Assembly: GCA_043801585.1 (NCBI GenBank)
Contig: JAZDLX010000161.1
Span: 1 to 51,704 of the forward strand
Origin: a bacterium
Lineage (GTDB): Bacteria > Electryoneota > Electryoneia > Electryoneales > Electryoneaceae
DNA: 51,704 nt
Direction of reading: 5' to 3'
In this document: piece after piece, positions 49,841 through 51,704 of the stretch
How the letters are laid out: the number at the start of each line of letters is the position of its first letter
Position numbering within the stretch: the first letter of the stretch is position 1
Notes under the pieces: generated by a model
What the model was told of the DNA's origin: nothing
The model's input: only the letters and a program-made list of their open reading frames with translations
Databases searched by the model: none
Program-made: the position numbers and the translations under genes

Positions 49841-50526
49841 GCGCACTCCGGGGGGTCGTCTTCGACCTGGACAACACGCTTTTTGACTTCATTGCGATGA
49901 AGGAACGGGCTGTTGAGGCGGCGGCCTGGTCGATGATCGACGCCGGTCTCCCACTCGACGTGGAGGAGTTGCAACGCCGCATCTTCAACGTCTATGAAAT
50001 CGAAGGAATCGAATTTCAGAACGTATTCGACAGAATGCTTCATGACGTGCTCGGTCGGGTAGACCCAAAGATCCTGGCGGCTGGAATTGTCGCCTATCGC
50101 CGCGTTCGTGAGTCACTGCTCGTACCTTATCCACACACCCGCTCCACGCTCGTCACGTTGATCAAACGCGGCTTGAAACTGGCGGTTGTTTCGGATGCAC
50201 CAAGCATTCAGGCGTGGCTGCGCCTTTGCTATCTCCAGCTTCACGACCTGTTCGACGCTGTTGTCACCTTCGACGACACCGGTGTGGCAAAACCCAGTCC
50301 AGAGCCGTTTCTGCTCGCGCTGAAAAAGCTGGCCATCCGGCCAAGCGAAGCGCTGATGATCGGCGACTGGATCGACCGCGATCTGCTTGGCGCAAAGAAG
50401 CTTGGAATGCGCACGGTGCATGCCCGTTATGGCTCCGAGCTCCCTGCCGGCAAGTCGGATCCGAACGCCGACGCGGTGATCGACGATATCCGGGATCTGG
50501 TCGCGCTCGCTGACCGCTGGAGCTGA
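49834..50526 (+). CDS. HAD-IA family hydrolase
   Basis: FDLDNTL, VVSD, KPSPEPF, MIGDWIDRD. Confidence 0.9.
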   Translation: MVSALRGVVFDLDNTLFDFIAMKERAVEAAAWSMIDAGLPLDVEELQRRIFNVYEIEGIEFQNVFDRMLHDVLGRVDPKILAAGIVAYRRVRESLLVPYPHTRSTLVTLIKRGLKLAVVSDAPSIQAWLRLCYLQLHDLFDAVVTFDDTGVAKPSPEPFLLALKKLAIRPSEALMIGDWIDRDLLGAKKLGMRTVHARYGSELPAGKSDPNADAVIDDIRDLVALADRWS

Positions 50527-50545
50527 TCCTCAGAATGGAGGTTCC

Positions 50546-50953
50546 ATGGCCGACTCTCACCTTATTCCTGCGCCACATGGAATCGGCATTGATCTGGTTC
50601 GAATCGATCGCATCACTGAACACTTGGAAGACGAGCGGTTTCTGAATCGGCTGTTCACGCCGGGCGAGCTCAAGGATGCGGGAACCGGCCCACAGCGGGC
50701 TGCGCGTCTCGCCGTGCGCTGGGCGGCAAAAGAAGCATTGGCGAAAGCCCTTGGGTGCGGCTTCGGAGATGTGTTGACATGGAACGACGTCGAAGTCGTC
50801 CGCCGGGAGAACGGCGCACCTTCGCTGCATCTTTCCGAACGCGCCATGCTGCGGCATGGAAATCCGGCAACCCTTGTTTCCCTTTCTCATGACGGAGAGT
50901 ACGCAATCGCCATGGTCTGGATCTCCTCGCCCTCGAAAGACTCAAGCACGTGA
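50546..50953 (+). CDS. acpS: Holo-[acyl-carrier-protein] synthase
   Basis: GIGIDLV, RLFTPGE, RWAAKEALAKALG, GAP, SLSHD. Confidence 0.95.
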   Translation: MADSHLIPAPHGIGIDLVRIDRITEHLEDERFLNRLFTPGELKDAGTGPQRAARLAVRWAAKEALAKALGCGFGDVLTWNDVEVVRRENGAPSLHLSERAMLRHGNPATLVSLSHDGEYAIAMVWISSPSKDSST

Positions 50954-51704
50954 AAACGCTCCTCCGCTCAAGAGATGCGATTCGGATTACGCTGCTCTTT
51001 TTCCTGGCGTTGACCGGGTCGATGGCTTGTGCCCAAGGACCTTTTCAGGAGGACGACTGGATTGCCTGGGGAGATTCGCGTACGGTCCGCGACCTGTCGG
51101 TGGGGCAGGAGGTGATCTACGTTGCAACGAGCGCGGGGGTCCACCGATACGACAGGTTTCAGCAGGTCTGGTTGACGCCCTGGTTCAGCGTCCCGCTCAC
51201 CGGCAATCGGATGATTCTTTTGCAGAACGTCAGAAATGTCCGCGAGGATCCGTTGACGCATGAAGTCTATGTGCTTATCGACAACAACAGTTGGTTGCGC
51301 AGAGACCTCACCTCGGGGACCTGGGATGAGGTCGATCCACCTGATGGGGACCTCAACCAACGGCTCGCCCGGGGAGGAGCCCCGGCCAAACCGGCGTCCG
51401 GTTTGATCGCCCCGCTGCCGTTCCAGGTAGACCCGGACGGAAACCTGAGAAACACCTTCGTTTCCTGGAAATTTACCCAAGGCATCGAGGATGAACTCGG
51501 GCCTATTGTCTACGGGTGGAAGGGTTTCGGGTTCGGCACACGGGATCGTTATTCGGTCCGGATCGACCTGTTTCCAGCCGGACCGGGGCCGTCTCCCGGC
51601 ATGGATGTCACGTCTACCGACATTTGGTGCGCAGGCAAGCTGAACAGAAACGGCGGTTGGGTCTGGCACCGAAACCGCGCCTCAAACGCCTGGGAATTTT
51701 TCGA
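50950..51704 (+). CDS. Secreted protein, probable beta-propeller; partial, runs off the window end
   Basis: GTG overlaps the acpS stop. Reads VKTLLRSRDAIRITLLFFLALTGSMACAQGPFQEDDWIAWGDSRTVRDLSVGQEVIYVATSAGVHRYD. I saw no stop before the window end, which would explain its absence from the ORF track. Confidence 0.6.
   Translation, partial: MKTLLRSRDAIRITLLFFLALTGSMACAQGPFQEDDWIAWGDSRTVRDLSVGQEVIYVATSAGVHRYDRFQQVWLTPWFSVPLTGNRMILLQNVRNVREDPLTHEVYVLIDNNSWLRRDLTSGTWDEVDPPDGDLNQRLARGGAPAKPASGLIAPLPFQVDPDGNLRNTFVSWKFTQGIEDELGPIVYGWKGFGFGTRDRYSVRIDLFPAGPGPSPGMDVTSTDIWCAGKLNRNGGWVWHRNRASNAWEFF

Noticed and set aside
50968..51669. 233-aa minus-strand ORF at the window end
   Set aside because: The plus-strand frame from 50950 has a signal peptide and is coupled to acpS, so the minus ORF is its shadow.

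Overview
This is a gene-dense, GC-rich (roughly 60% by eye) bacterial chromosome segment. Its gene content (DUF4837, DUF2723, BatA/vWA, LpxH-type phosphoesterase, actA) looks like the FCB group, which is an inference. From left to right it holds: a decayed remnant of an alternative complex III / cytochrome c oxidase operon, in which 5' actA is joined directly to the middle of oxidase subunit III; a secreted S9 peptidase; a small REP-like repeat cluster; accA; a minus-strand run of DUF2723 (TMEM260-like), GT2, DUF4837, purE, rmlD-like and polyprenol-P-mannose synthase genes; a DUF2188 / histone H1-like fusion; clpB, divergent from an archease-rtcB operon that continues into an uncharacterised DprA/SLOG plus ADP-ribosyltransferase-like fusion gene; addB-addA-MTAP; an eIF-2B-family gene; hflX; a BatA/vWA gene; an M24 peptidase; a sigma54 activator lacking the receiver aspartate; a surface-glycan/LPS cluster (WcaJ-like, MsbA-like, two GT4, GT9, membrane-PHP fusion); and lpxH-like, PBP1A, HAD and acpS genes, ending in a partial secreted protein. 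I saw no rRNA, tRNA, CRISPR array or transposase. The best candidates for an undescribed system are the archease-RtcB-(SLOG+ART-like) operon and a putative TMEM260-type bacterial protein O-mannosylation pathway. All family calls come from motif recognition by eye; no database searches were run.
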